Shown one piece after another: positions 36,032-45,780 of a stretch of 64,000 bases of DNA. The notes beneath the pieces were generated by a model. The model searched no databases and had not been told where the DNA came from. It saw only the letters and a list, made by a program, of their open reading frames with translations. Both the position numbers and the translations under genes were made by a program. Source of the DNA: Tannerellaceae bacterium (lineage in GTDB: Bacteria; Bacteroidota; Bacteroidia; Bacteroidales; Tannerellaceae); NCBI GenBank assembly GCA_031555505.1, contig JAVBUH010000007.1:25378-89377 (forward strand), read 5' to 3'. Position 1 is the first letter of the stretch; every line of letters begins with the position of its first letter.

Positions 36032-36039
36032 CAAATGTA
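36032..36039 (-). promoter_or_regulatory. Bacteroides-type -7 promoter box
   Basis: The minus strand reads TACATTTG, 20 nt before the tRNA-Gln 5' end (36011). Confidence 0.5.
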
Positions 36040-36188
36040 AGCACTTTTTTCAAACCGCCACAAGAAAAACTATTTTTTTTTCGGCAAGCAACCATCTTTA
36101 CTCCGGGCTTGTTTACAAAATAGCAGGATAAGCGCTTCTAACTCTATTAAATAATAGGTAGAAGAACCGTACATCCAAATAATAAAAG

Positions 36189-36196
36189 TATATTTG
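36189..36196 (+). promoter_or_regulatory. Bacteroides-type -7 promoter box
   Basis: TATATTTG, 34 nt before ATG 36231 (rsfS-ftsH-cdsA). Confidence 0.55.
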
Positions 36197-36230
36197 CAAC
36201 TTCGATAATATTATCTTATTTACGCAATAG

Positions 36231-36590
36231 ATGGATCAAACAAAAGAATTAGTAGATGCAGTGATTGAAGGGCTGCAGGAAAAGAAAGGCAAACGAATTG
36301 TTGCCGTAGATTTAACCCAAATCCAGGGAGCTATTTGCCAATTCATGGTTATTTGTGAAGGCAACACCCCTACACAAGTTTCCGCATTATCTGATTCCGT
36401 ATGGGACTTTGCCCGTAAGAAAGCAAACGAAAAACCCCTCTCGGTTGACGGCAACCAGGCTGCTCAATGGATCGGTATGGATTATGGCACGGTTCTTGTT
36501 CATATTTTTTTACCTGAACAACGTTCCTTTTATAATCTGGATCACCTTTGGGCCGATGCCACATTGACTTCTATCCCGGACTTGGATTAA
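36231..36590 (+). CDS. rsfS: Ribosome silencing factor RsfS (iojap family)
   Basis: 119 aa with the motif pattern DYFVICEG-like (QFMVICEGNTPTQV) ... WIGMDYGTVLVHIF, located upstream of ftsH. Confidence 0.85.
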   Translation: MDQTKELVDAVIEGLQEKKGKRIVAVDLTQIQGAICQFMVICEGNTPTQVSALSDSVWDFARKKANEKPLSVDGNQAAQWIGMDYGTVLVHIFLPEQRSFYNLDHLWADATLTSIPDLD

Positions 36591-36617
36591 AAAAGATACT
36601 TTTAGTAGTAATGATTT

Positions 36618-38957
36618 ATGGAGAACAACAATAAAACACCGAATAAAAGCCCGAACAACAGACAAAAAATGTTCCGGTTTAATCTATACTGGATGTATGG
36701 GCTGATCTTCGTGATGCTTATCGCCCTGTATCTGACCAATGACACAGCCAGCGTAAAAGAAATAGGATGGACCGAATTCCAACGGTATGCCAAAGAAAAC
36801 GCCTTCGACAAGATGGTGGTATATAACAAGAAAAACACCATTGAAGCTACCGTAAAGAAAGGGATGTACGGTCTGGTGTTTAAAGGAGACACTACGCAAT
36901 TGGGCACAAACCCCAAGGCTGTGATCAAAATCCCGTCGGCCGATAAGTTTTCCGATTTCTATGATAAAGCGGTTGCCGAAAATAAGATCGACGCCCAGGT
37001 AAGCTACGAGGAAGGTGACGATATGATGTGGGGATTCCTTATTTCGTGGGGACCCATCCTGTTGCTGATCGCTGTCTGGATCTTTCTGATGCGACGGATG
37101 TCGGGCGGGGGAGCCGGAGGAGGCGGAGTATTCAATGTAGGTAAATCTAAAGCACAATTGTTCGATAAGGACAACGACCGCAAGGTAACTTTCAAAGATG
37201 TAGCCGGTCTGGCAGAAGCCAAACAGGAAGTGGAAGAGATTGTATCCTTCCTCAAAAATCCGGACAAATATACTGAGCTGGGAGGTAAAATACCCAAAGG
37301 CGCCTTATTGGTTGGCCCTCCGGGTACAGGTAAGACATTGCTGGCCAAAGCCGTAGCCGGTGAGGCAAATGTGCCGTTCTTCTCCCTGTCGGGTTCCGAC
37401 TTTGTGGAGATGTTTGTAGGCGTGGGTGCATCCCGTGTGCGCGACCTGTTCCGCCAGGCAAAGGAAAAAGCCCCCTGTATCGTATTTATCGACGAAATAG
37501 ACGCAGTAGGCCGCGCCCGTGGAAAAAATGCGAACATGAACAGCAACGACGAACGCGAAAACACGCTGAATCAGTTACTCACCGAAATGGACGGTTTCGG
37601 CTCTAACAGCGGCGTGATCATCCTGGCCGCTACCAACCGTGCCGACATCCTGGACAAAGCCTTGCTTCGTGCCGGACGTTTCGACCGTCAGATCCATGTG
37701 GAACTGCCTGATCTGAACGAACGAAAAGAAATATTCAGCGTTCACCTGCGTCCGATCAAGATAGACGATACCGTAGATACGGATTTCCTGGCCCGTCAGA
37801 CTCCGGGTTTCTCAGGCGCCGACATTGCCAATGTGTGCAACGAAGCCGCCCTGATCGCAGCTCGTAACGGGAAGAAATTCGTTCAGAAGGAAGACTTCAT
37901 GAATGCGGTAGACCGTATCATCGGCGGGTTGGAAAAACGCTCCAAGATCACAACGGCCAACGAGCGCAAAAGCATCGCCATCCATGAAGCCGGCCATGCT
38001 ACACTAAGCTGGCTGTTGGAATTTGCCAACCCATTGGTAAAGGTAACTATCGTCCCCCGCGGTAAAGCACTAGGTGCTGCCTGGTACCTGCCGGAAGAAC
38101 GCCAGATCACCACACGTGAACAATTGCTTGACGAGATGTGTGCCACGCTGGGAGGCCGTGCTGCCGAAGAACTCTTCCTTGGACGAATCTCCACCGGCGC
38201 TTCCAACGACCTGGAACGAGTAACCAAACAGGCCTACGCCATGGTGGTCTACTTTGGTATGAGCGACACCCTGCCGAACCTGAATTATTACGATTCGTCA
38301 GGTCAGGACTGGGGTTTCACCAAGCCCTATAGCGAAGAGACCGCAAAACTGATTGACAAAGAAGTGCAATCCATCATTGACGAACAATACCAACGCGCCA
38401 AAAAAATCCTGTCTACCCACAAGGAAGGACACAACCAACTGGCCGCCGTATTGCTCGAGCGGGAAGTGATCTATACCGAAGACGTGGAACATATCTTTGG
38501 CAAACGCGCCTGGGTATCCCGTACGGAAGAATTATTGGAACAGCAGGTAAAGGAAAACGACAAAAAACAAGCCACAAAACCGGCTGACGAATCAACCCCG
38601 ACAGAACCGGCAATTGAAAACCCAACCCGGGAGGAGCCTGTCGAGACTATACCTGCAACACCGGTCGTAGAGCAAAAGCCTATCCCTGAACAACCGACCG
38701 GGGAACAGCCTGTAGTTACGCCTCCCCCCGCTCCTGAGCCCCCAGCAGACGAGATTTCTACGGTAGCCTCCCCCATCGTGAAAAAGGAAGAAGAGACAAA
38801 AATATCCTTCTCCGTAGACGATGATATCAAGGAAGTAGAAATAAAACGCCCGGCTGTCAAAAAAAATGACAGTAAAAAGGCACAACCGCAAAAGGAAGAG
38901 GATGAAACAAAGCCGGCCAACAACAATGCGAAACCGGATTATCCCTCTCTCTTTTAG
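36618..38957 (+). CDS. ftsH: ATP-dependent zinc metalloprotease FtsH with extended low-complexity C-terminal tail
   Basis: 779 aa with Walker [14 protein letters not shown], Walker B VFIDEIDA, an SRH region and zinc site HEAGHA. The last ~140 aa are Pro/Glu/Lys-rich. Confidence 0.95.
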   Translation: MENNNKTPNKSPNNRQKMFRFNLYWMYGLIFVMLIALYLTNDTASVKEIGWTEFQRYAKENAFDKMVVYNKKNTIEATVKKGMYGLVFKGDTTQLGTNPKAVIKIPSADKFSDFYDKAVAENKIDAQVSYEEGDDMMWGFLISWGPILLLIAVWIFLMRRMSGGGAGGGGVFNVGKSKAQLFDKDNDRKVTFKDVAGLAEAKQEVEEIVSFLKNPDKYTELGGKIPKGALLVGPPGTGKTLLAKAVAGEANVPFFSLSGSDFVEMFVGVGASRVRDLFRQAKEKAPCIVFIDEIDAVGRARGKNANMNSNDERENTLNQLLTEMDGFGSNSGVIILAATNRADILDKALLRAGRFDRQIHVELPDLNERKEIFSVHLRPIKIDDTVDTDFLARQTPGFSGADIANVCNEAALIAARNGKKFVQKEDFMNAVDRIIGGLEKRSKITTANERKSIAIHEAGHATLSWLLEFANPLVKVTIVPRGKALGAAWYLPEERQITTREQLLDEMCATLGGRAAEELFLGRISTGASNDLERVTKQAYAMVVYFGMSDTLPNLNYYDSSGQDWGFTKPYSEETAKLIDKEVQSIIDEQYQRAKKILSTHKEGHNQLAAVLLEREVIYTEDVEHIFGKRAWVSRTEELLEQQVKENDKKQATKPADESTPTEPAIENPTREEPVETIPATPVVEQKPIPEQPTGEQPVVTPPPAPEPPADEISTVASPIVKKEEETKISFSVDDDIKEVEIKRPAVKKNDSKKAQPQKEEDETKPANNNAKPDYPSLF

Positions 38958-38983
38958 TGATAAAACCGCCACAGCATACATAC

Positions 38984-39817
38984 ATGAAAGACCTCATAAA
39001 GCGAGCAATAACCGGTATACTATATGTTGCCGTGATCATTAGCGGGATTTGTTTACATCCCCTCACATTCCTGGTATTGTTCGGTTTGACCACCAGCTAT
39101 CTGCTGTGGGAATTTTATGGACTGCTGAAGCATTTTGAGCAATCTAAAATCAAAAAGACGATCAGTTGCCTGGGCGGGCTATATCTGTTTGCCGCCACTT
39201 TTTTGTATGCGAACGACCTGATTGGAGGCATTATCTTCTATCCGTATCTATGCTTTATGCTGTATACGCTGATTGCCGAATTGTATGATAAGGGATCCAA
39301 TCCGATCGAAAACTGGTCGTACACCTTCCTGGCCCAGGTTTATTGCGCGGGGCCTTTTGCTCTGCTCAACTTTGTGGCCGCCATACCGGATACACCAGGT
39401 GAGATGTTGCATACGCCCCTTTTCGTATTGGCCATTTTTGTCTTTGTATGGATGAACGATACCGGTGCATACCTGATTGGAAGCCTCTTTGGCAAACACA
39501 GGCTATTCGAACGTATTTCACCCAAAAAATCCTGGGAAGGCTTCTTTGGAGGATTGGTAGTGACGCTACTGGCATCGCAGGTTTTTTATTATTTTACACC
39601 CAATATCTCACGTATCACATGGTTCTTCTTCTCCATGCTGATCGTGGTATTCGCTACCTGGGGCGATCTGGTAGAATCATTATTTAAACGGACATTAAAA
39701 ATCAAGGATTCCGGCAATTGCTTTCCGGGGCACGGGGGAATGCTCGACCGGTTCGACAGCATACTGATGGCTACGCCGGTTGCCTATATGTACATTGAAC
39801 TGTTTATTCGAAATTGA
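38984..39817 (+). CDS. cdsA: Phosphatidate cytidylyltransferase
   Basis: ORF 38957 (GTG) trimmed to ATG 38984 (MKDLIKRAITG). Multi-TM protein with the CdsA signature SLFKRTLKIKDSGNCFPGHGGMLDRFDS. Confidence 0.9.
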   Translation: MKDLIKRAITGILYVAVIISGICLHPLTFLVLFGLTTSYLLWEFYGLLKHFEQSKIKKTISCLGGLYLFAATFLYANDLIGGIIFYPYLCFMLYTLIAELYDKGSNPIENWSYTFLAQVYCAGPFALLNFVAAIPDTPGEMLHTPLFVLAIFVFVWMNDTGAYLIGSLFGKHRLFERISPKKSWEGFFGGLVVTLLASQVFYYFTPNISRITWFFFSMLIVVFATWGDLVESLFKRTLKIKDSGNCFPGHGGMLDRFDSILMATPVAYMYIELFIRN

Positions 39818-40508
39818 ACGTCAGTATCACCATCCGGGAGGAGGCTTTCGAGAGTGCATCCGTATATTTAATCATTTCCCTGTCTGCCAAGTCGGGACGG
39901 TCTTTTTCAAGTAAGTCCACCAGGCCAAAAGAAAATTTTAATTCCGGGCATAACTTAAAATACGGAAGATAAAAATCACATCCCAGTCCGATCTCTACAC
40001 CAAAATCAAGTCCATTGAGCAACAGGGGATTCCCTTTTTTACGTCCCATATCCAATGAGCCATAAATACCACCGATCAAATAGGGCCGGTAATTATTCAA
40101 ACGCAGGGCGCTGTATTTCAGGTCGATCGGGAGCGTTACATAATTGGAACGGACAGTGGTCGTAAATTCTTCACCCGAAGCCTGTTCACGAAAGACAAAT
40201 TTTTTATCTCCGAAATGCAACGTGGGAATCACCCGCAAATTCAGGTACGGATTCAGGAACATATCACCGATCACTCCCACACTAAATCCGGGAGAATAAG
40301 ACGGGATCTCCGCATACCAGGTTTCCCCATTGGTGGTCACACCCGTATGAGTCAGGATCATATCTTGCGCATGCATACCCACATGGAATCCCAAATGGAA
40401 CAATTTATGATCGGCATACGGTTGAACCTTCACCAGCTCCTTTTGCGCCCAAACGCTTGTTGTTGCCAGAAAGCAGATATACAGTAGTAAAAAAACTCGC
40501 TTCAACAC
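39804..40508 (-). CDS. Outer-membrane beta-barrel protein (porin/PorT-like family)
   Basis: 234 aa with signal peptide LLLYICFLATTSVWAQ, alternating beta-strand pattern and C-terminal ...ILTFNFE. Its tail overlaps the cdsA tail by 14 nt. Confidence 0.55.
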   Translation of the reverse strand: MLKRVFLLLYICFLATTSVWAQKELVKVQPYADHKLFHLGFHVGMHAQDMILTHTGVTTNGETWYAEIPSYSPGFSVGVIGDMFLNPYLNLRVIPTLHFGDKKFVFREQASGEEFTTTVRSNYVTLPIDLKYSALRLNNYRPYLIGGIYGSLDMGRKKGNPLLLNGLDFGVEIGLGCDFYLPYFKLCPELKFSFGLVDLLEKDRPDLADREMIKYTDALSKASSRMVILTFNFE

Positions 40509-40614
40509 TCTTCCTTGTTTTGTCTAATAACGCGGAAAGCCGCGAGTTATTGCAAAAAAGGAACGATTTGAACAAAATTATAGGTGAGATGTTTTTTTAA
40601 TAAGAAGAATGTCC

Positions 40615-40622
40615 TATTTTTG
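40615..40622 (+). promoter_or_regulatory. Bacteroides-type -7 promoter box
   Basis: TATTTTTG, 36 nt before ATG 40659 (ferredoxin). Confidence 0.55.
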
Positions 40623-40658
40623 CACGAACTTATAGTTATCAATTAAAACCTCAAAAAA

Positions 40659-40826
40659 ATGGCTTACGTAATTAATGACGATTGTATTGCTTGCGGCAGT
40701 TGTATCGATGAATGTCCGGTAGGAGCAATTTCTGAAGGCGACAAATACTCTATCGACCCTGAAATGTGTACGGACTGTGGGACTTGCGCAGATGTGTGTC
40801 CTACTGAAGCAATTCATCCGGCATAA
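40659..40826 (+). CDS. 2x[4Fe-4S] ferredoxin (55 aa)
   Basis: Too short to appear in the ORF track. Translation is MAYVINDDCIACGSCIDECPVGAISEGDKYSIDPEMCTDCGTCADVCPTEAIHPA, with two CxxCxxCxxxCP motifs. A -7 box lies 36 nt upstream and a terminator follows. Confidence 0.85.
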   Translation: MAYVINDDCIACGSCIDECPVGAISEGDKYSIDPEMCTDCGTCADVCPTEAIHPA

Positions 40827-40886
40827 CCCCGACAGCAAAAACGCGATAGGCTTCCATGTACACAGGCACGCCTATAAAAAAAACAT

Positions 40887-40920
40887 CCGGTTGTTTTCCT
40901 CAAGCAGGAAAAACAACCGG
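40887..40920. terminator. Bidirectional intrinsic terminator between the ferredoxin and DUF3276 genes
   Basis: CCGGTTGTTTTCC-tcaagca-GGAAAAACAACCGG forms a 13-bp stem with a 1-nt bulge. It is flanked by an A-run upstream and TTGCTTGTTTT downstream. Confidence 0.7.
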
Positions 40921-40948
40921 TTGCTTGTTTTCGTCGGATCCGTATCCG

Positions 40949-41302
40949 TCAAAACTCGATATCGAGTTTAAATTCTTCCGGGGAACTACCCCCATCTTCT
41001 CCAAACGACTGCGACTGGCTACCTGAAGCTCTGCTTTGCCGGATATACTCAATCACTTCGATCATCCCTTCCATAAACTTCTCAAAATCTTCCTTATACA
41101 AAAAGATCTTATGTTTTTCAAAAGAAACGGGAGCGCCTTCTTTCGGCTGGATCTTTTTACTCTCGGTAATGGCAAGGAATAAATCGTCTTTCAGATTCTT
41201 TTTCACATCCAAATAATAAATCCGCTTCCCAGCCTTTATTGCTTTCGAATACAGAATCTCCTTATCACCGCCTTCAACATGTCTTCTATTCGTATCTTCC
41301 AT
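40949..41302 (-). CDS. DUF3276 (PUR-alpha-like) family protein
   Basis: ORF 40949..41314 trimmed to MEDTNRR. Motifs AGKRIYYLDVKKN ... LAITESKK ... KHKIFLYKEDFEKF. Family assignment is memory-level. Confidence 0.55.
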   Translation of the reverse strand: MEDTNRRHVEGGDKEILYSKAIKAGKRIYYLDVKKNLKDDLFLAITESKKIQPKEGAPVSFEKHKIFLYKEDFEKFMEGMIEVIEYIRQSRASGSQSQSFGEDGGSSPEEFKLDIEF

Positions 41303-41516
41303 GATAACAAACATTAGTTAATATCTATCCCTTTTCACATAACTTGCCTCAAATATGCACTTTTTTTTTAAATATACAACCATAATTCTCGTTTAAATTG
41401 CCTAAAAAAGTTAATTTTTCTGATAATTTGCTGCTTTTCCATTAACAATCATTTACACGCCGCACCGAGAGCTAAGAAAGTTACACTAACTCCGCGTGTT
41501 TTCACAAAAGAATCGC

Positions 41517-41524
41517 TACCTTTG
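41517..41524 (+). promoter_or_regulatory. Bacteroides-type -7 promoter box
   Basis: TACCTTTG, 32 nt before ATG 41557 (nusB). Confidence 0.55.
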
Positions 41525-41556
41525 CAACGAAATTAAACAAGAAGTTCCTTCATAAG

Positions 41557-42489
41557 ATGATCAACAGAATTTTAATCCGCATTAAAGTTTTACAGATAGT
41601 TTACTCTTTCTATCAAAACAAAAACGGAGATCTCAACATGGCTGAAAAAGAACTGCTGTTCAGCCTGCAGAAATCGTACGATTTATACCATTACTTTCTC
41701 CTCCTGATCCTTGATGTCACCTACCTGTACGAGCGGATTACCGACAGTCGCAAACATAAACTGCGTCCTTCGGAGGAAGACCTCAATCCAAACACCCGCC
41801 TCATCGACAACAAATTTGCCAAACAACTGGCGTCCAATAAGGCGTTGAAAAAATATGCCACCGAACATAGTCTCACCTGGAGTAGCGATACTGATCAAGA
41901 TTTCGTCAAGCAAATCCTGGAACTGCTGCTTTCATCCGAACTATATGCCGCCTATAGTGCCAATCCGGACGATTCGTATGGAGCAGACCTGGAATTTTGG
42001 CGTGCATTCTTCAAAAAGCATATCTGCGGTAACGAGCTGGTAGAAGATTATCTGGAAGACAAGAGTATTTACTGGAACGACGATATCGAGATTGTTGAAA
42101 CCTTTACGCTCAAGACCATCAAACGGTTTGAAGAAGCTAATGGAAGTGTACAATCGCTGCTTCCCATGTTTAAAGATGAGGAAGACCGCGAATTTGCCAT
42201 CCAGCTACTTCGGCAATCATTGCTGAAAGCCGATGAATTCCGCGTACGGATAGACCGCCACATGAAAAACTGGGAATCCGAACGTATCGCCCAGATGGAT
42301 CTGCTCATCATGCAGGTTGCCCTGGCAGAGATCGTTACCTTCCCGTCCATCCCGGTAAATGTAACACTCAACGAATACATCGATGCCGCCAAATATTACA
42401 GTACGCCCAAAAGCGGTACTTTTATCAATGGCATCCTCGATGCGATCGTTGGTGAGTTAAAAAAAGAAAAGGTATTGTTTAAAGAGTGA
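41557..42489 (+). CDS. nusB: Transcription antitermination factor NusB (long Bacteroidota form)
   Basis: 310 aa. The C-terminal NusB fold carries the motif INEYIDAAKYYSTPKSGTFINGILD. A -7 box lies 32 nt upstream. Confidence 0.8.
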   Translation: MINRILIRIKVLQIVYSFYQNKNGDLNMAEKELLFSLQKSYDLYHYFLLLILDVTYLYERITDSRKHKLRPSEEDLNPNTRLIDNKFAKQLASNKALKKYATEHSLTWSSDTDQDFVKQILELLLSSELYAAYSANPDDSYGADLEFWRAFFKKHICGNELVEDYLEDKSIYWNDDIEIVETFTLKTIKRFEEANGSVQSLLPMFKDEEDREFAIQLLRQSLLKADEFRVRIDRHMKNWESERIAQMDLLIMQVALAEIVTFPSIPVNVTLNEYIDAAKYYSTPKSGTFINGILDAIVGELKKEKVLFKE

Positions 42490-42499
42490 TATTTATCTG

Positions 42500-42507
42500 T
42501 ACCTTTG
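42500..42507 (+). promoter_or_regulatory. Bacteroides-type -7 promoter box
   Basis: TACCTTTG, 43 nt before ATG 42551 (yajC). Confidence 0.55.
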
Positions 42508-42550
42508 CGAGATACGGTAAACAACAGTATTAATTTCTAAATAGTAAACC

Positions 42551-42862
42551 ATGAACTTACTTACCATTTTTCTTCAGGCAGCCGAAGGTGGCGCAAGCCC
42601 GTACTCAGGACTAATCATGATGGTTGTCATCATTGCTATTTTCTATTTCCTGATCATTCGTCCGCAACAAAAGAAACAGAAAGACATCCAGAAAGCCCGT
42701 GAATCGTTGGCTGTGGGTGATAAAGTGATCACTTCAGGAGGCATATACGGCAAGATCAAAGAAATCGGAGATATCTATATGATCGTTGAAATTGCCGATA
42801 ATATTCGCGTACGCGTAGACAAAACGTCTGTATTTGCCTCTGCGGAAGACACAAAGAAATAA
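42551..42862 (+). CDS. yajC: Preprotein translocase subunit YajC
   Basis: 103 aa with a single TM helix, followed by IRPQQKKQK ... GDKVITSGGIYGKI. Confidence 0.9.
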   Translation: MNLLTIFLQAAEGGASPYSGLIMMVVIIAIFYFLIIRPQQKKQKDIQKARESLAVGDKVITSGGIYGKIKEIGDIYMIVEIADNIRVRVDKTSVFASAEDTKK

Positions 42863-42877
42863 ACAAGGCATTTGCAC

Positions 42878-43891
42878 ATGTCTGGACTTGATCAACATAG
42901 CAACAGACTCAAGTCTGAGCCCAACAAGATAAAGTTTTTTTTACTGCAACGCCAGTGGAAAGAGATATTTATCTTTTTGGGCTTTGTGCTTTTATCGTTC
43001 GGTTTCTGGTTACTGCAAAGCATGCAGGAAGAATACGAAATTGATGTCTCCATACCGATCAAATATAAAAACGTACCTGTAGATATCGCCTTTACTGAGC
43101 AGGCACCGGAGAAAATCACCGTCAGACTGAAAGACAAAGGGAGTGTGCTGATGAATTACTCATTCGGACGTAAATTTGCCCCTATCGAGAAAAATTTCAA
43201 GACAAAAGACCAGCAGGCTTCGACCGGTGCCCTTACCATTTCCACGAAAGAGTTGGAAGCGGAAATCCAGAAACAACTCATTGCCACCACGCGTCTGATC
43301 AAGTTCGATCCGGGGCAAATCAAAGTGACCTATGGCAGACGTGCCCATAAAACCATCCCGGTAGTATTCGACGGGAAGATCAATCTTGAACCCGGATTCC
43401 AACTGTCGGGTGAGATACTGATCAACCCGGCTGTCGTAAATGCATATGCCACAGAAGCGTTACTTGACTCAACCCCTCAGATCAACACAGTATATACCGT
43501 ATTTAAAGCGGTCAATAAGACGATTACCAAAACTGTCCAGCTCCAAAAATCGCCTAATCTTTCGCTGGAAAAAGAGAGCGTTACCGTGACTATTCCGGTA
43601 GACGAGTATTCTGAAAAGACATTAAACATTCCTGTAGAATGCACGGATATCCCCCCTCATTACACCGTGAGGATGATGCCACATACAGTAAAAGTAAGTT
43701 GCAACATTCCCATTTCCCGTTTCAAGGAATTAACGGAAAAACAGTTTGCCATCCAGATCCCGTTCAACGTGTTGGAGCAAAACCTGTCGGGCATTGTTTC
43801 TGTCGAACTTACGCAAAAGCCCAACTGGGTATCCACCTGCTCGCTTTCGCCCAACAAGGTTGAGTTTGTCATCGAACAAAATAAAGAATGA
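42878..43891 (+). CDS. YbbR-like domain protein (CdaR family)
   Basis: ORF 42872 (TTG) trimmed to ATG 42878. One TM helix followed by repeated beta-rich modules. It sits in the conserved yajC-ybbR-coaE position. Assignment is memory-level. Confidence 0.5.
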   Translation: MSGLDQHSNRLKSEPNKIKFFLLQRQWKEIFIFLGFVLLSFGFWLLQSMQEEYEIDVSIPIKYKNVPVDIAFTEQAPEKITVRLKDKGSVLMNYSFGRKFAPIEKNFKTKDQQASTGALTISTKELEAEIQKQLIATTRLIKFDPGQIKVTYGRRAHKTIPVVFDGKINLEPGFQLSGEILINPAVVNAYATEALLDSTPQINTVYTVFKAVNKTITKTVQLQKSPNLSLEKESVTVTIPVDEYSEKTLNIPVECTDIPPHYTVRMMPHTVKVSCNIPISRFKELTEKQFAIQIPFNVLEQNLSGIVSVELTQKPNWVSTCSLSPNKVEFVIEQNKE

Positions 43892-44469
43892 TCAAAATTG
43901 GTATCACCGGAGGGATAGGTAGCGGCAAATCAGTTGTTGCCACATTGATGGGGATAATGAATATTCCGGTCTATATTGCTGATGATGAAAGTAAAAAACT
44001 CACTGACACCTCTTCCCGGATACGTGAACCGCTGATCGCCCTGTTCGGCACGTCACTCTATACACCACAGGGACTGGATCGGCGGAAGTTAGCTTCACTG
44101 ATATTTGGCGATCCAGCGGCACTTGCCCGGGTAAACGCCATCATCCATCCGGAAGTCAATCGTCACTTCCTGGACTGGAGCGACCGACAATCTGGCTTCG
44201 TATGCGCTATCGAATCGGCCATCCTGTTTGAAGCAGGTTTCGACAGCATTGTCAATATCAGTCTCATGGTGTATGCCCCGCTTGAATTATGCATCGAAAG
44301 AGCCTTACGCCGTGGTGGTCTCTCCTCCCGCGAAGAAGTGATCCGCCGCATGAATAACCAGCTACCGGATGAAATAAAAAAAGAACGGGCTGATTATGTG
44401 ATCATGAATGATGACAGTCACGCTATTATCCCGCAAGTAGAGGCTTTTCTCACTTCACTCCTCCCCTGA
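43888..44469 (+). CDS. coaE: Dephospho-CoA kinase
   Basis: 193 aa with P-loop GITGGIGSGKS. It overlaps the upstream gene by 4 nt. Confidence 0.9.
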   Translation: MIKIGITGGIGSGKSVVATLMGIMNIPVYIADDESKKLTDTSSRIREPLIALFGTSLYTPQGLDRRKLASLIFGDPAALARVNAIIHPEVNRHFLDWSDRQSGFVCAIESAILFEAGFDSIVNISLMVYAPLELCIERALRRGGLSSREEVIRRMNNQLPDEIKKERADYVIMNDDSHAIIPQVEAFLTSLLP

Positions 44470-44519
44470 TTTCCTTATTTTTTTCTTGCTGATCTTGCTG
44501 TTTTTTGGGCGACTTGTGT

Positions 44520-44527
44520 TACATTTG
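44520..44527 (+). promoter_or_regulatory. Bacteroides-type -7 promoter box
   Basis: TACATTTG, 36 nt before ATG 44564. Confidence 0.55.
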
Positions 44528-44563
44528 CGCCTTGAAAGTTAAACTGAAAAAGAAACACGAATT

Positions 44564-45019
44564 ATGTTGAAGACTATTTTGTCTGTTTCCGGAAAACCCG
44601 GATTATATAAGATCATTTCCCAAGGGAAAAACATGTTGATCGTTGAATCACTCATCGACCAAAAAAGACAGCCGGTATATGCACGGGACAAAGTGATTTC
44701 TTTGGGCGATATCGCTATCTACACCGACGAAGAAGAGGAACCGCTGCATAAAGTACTCACCAGCATAAAAGAAAAGGAGGGCAGCCAGGCGCTCTCATTC
44801 AATCCTTCTGCAGCCAAGCCTGAAGAACTGCGCAATTATCTTGCTACCGTATTACCGAATTTCGATCGCGACCGTGTATATCCCAGTGATATCAAAAAGC
44901 TGTTGGGATGGTATAACCTGTTGATTGCAACCGGTATCACCGATTACACACCGCAGGCAGAGCCGGCAGAAACACAAGATCAGGCTGCCGATGCGAAAGA
45001 AGAAATAACCGAAGCATAA
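44564..45019 (+). CDS. DUF5606 family protein
   Basis: 151 aa with N-terminus MLKTILSVSGKPGLYKIISQGKNMLIVESL. A -7 box lies 36 nt upstream. Family name is from memory. Confidence 0.5.
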   Translation: MLKTILSVSGKPGLYKIISQGKNMLIVESLIDQKRQPVYARDKVISLGDIAIYTDEEEEPLHKVLTSIKEKEGSQALSFNPSAAKPEELRNYLATVLPNFDRDRVYPSDIKKLLGWYNLLIATGITDYTPQAEPAETQDQAADAKEEITEA

Positions 45020-45218
45020 AACAATCCATATCCAATCGAAAAAAGGGGTGTGTCATCTGTGAGCCAGGCTACTTTTGATACAGCCTCCTTTTGATGCATA
45101 AAACACCGGGGCAATCTACGCCCAAAACAACAAGCAGAGACCTCTTACCTGTCTCAAATTGTTATATATATAAACAAAACCAAGATTAGTAAGTATTGGG
45201 CCGTAACCGGCATTATGT

Positions 45219-45467
45219 ATGAACGCGCAAAACAAAAATCACCTCCTGCCCGAATCATTAAAAGCAGGATCGTATGAGGCATTCAATCAGTTATATATGT
45301 TGTATGCCGACAGTTTGTACGGATTTGCAAAATCAAAGAGCAACGCCAAAGACATCGTGCAGGAAACATTCCTGCGTGTGTGGTTCACCCACAGGCAAAT
45401 CCTTTCCGATACGTCCTTCAAGTCCTACCTCTACACCTTTGACAAATATACTATAAAAAGAGCATGA
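45219..45467 (+). pseudogene. Truncated ECF-type sigma-70 factor (region 2 only)
   Basis: 82 aa. The sequence AFNQLYMLYADSLYGFA...AKDIVQETFLRVW matches sigma region 2. Region 4 is absent; intact ECF sigmas are roughly 170-200 aa. Confidence 0.5.
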
Positions 45468-45658
45468 GACTCCCCAAAAAATGGTTCAAGGTTGCGGCCT
45501 CTATCCTGACGGAAAGATTATCACTATCCCAGACACCTCATATTACGTCCCAAAACGCTATGAGCAAAAGTGAAAGGCAAGCGATATTGAATCAGGGCTT
45601 TTAATCACATCCACTATTAATAGTAGGGCTATTAATAGATTTAACCTAGCTATGGACG

Positions 45659-45699
45659 AGGGGTTGCCAAAGGTATGTTTCATATCGGCAACCCCTTTT
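45659..45699 (+). terminator. Intrinsic terminator
   Basis: AGGGGTTGCC-N18-GGCAACCCCT forms a 10-bp stem, followed by TTTT. Confidence 0.55.
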
Positions 45700-45780
45700 A
45701 ATATGTACAACTCCCATTCCATCCGAACGAGACGTCAGGACCATGACACGTATGGCAGGACAAATACGGTATAGAAAGGC

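Noticed and set aside
39804-39817. 14-nt tail-to-tail overlap of cdsA and the outer-membrane beta-barrel gene
   Set aside because: Convergent 3' overlaps of this size are common and need no special explanation.
45614-45638. Two copies of the 10-bp palindrome CTATTAATAG, 15 nt apart
   Set aside because: They are too short and AT-rich to distinguish from chance, and no associated gene start is present.
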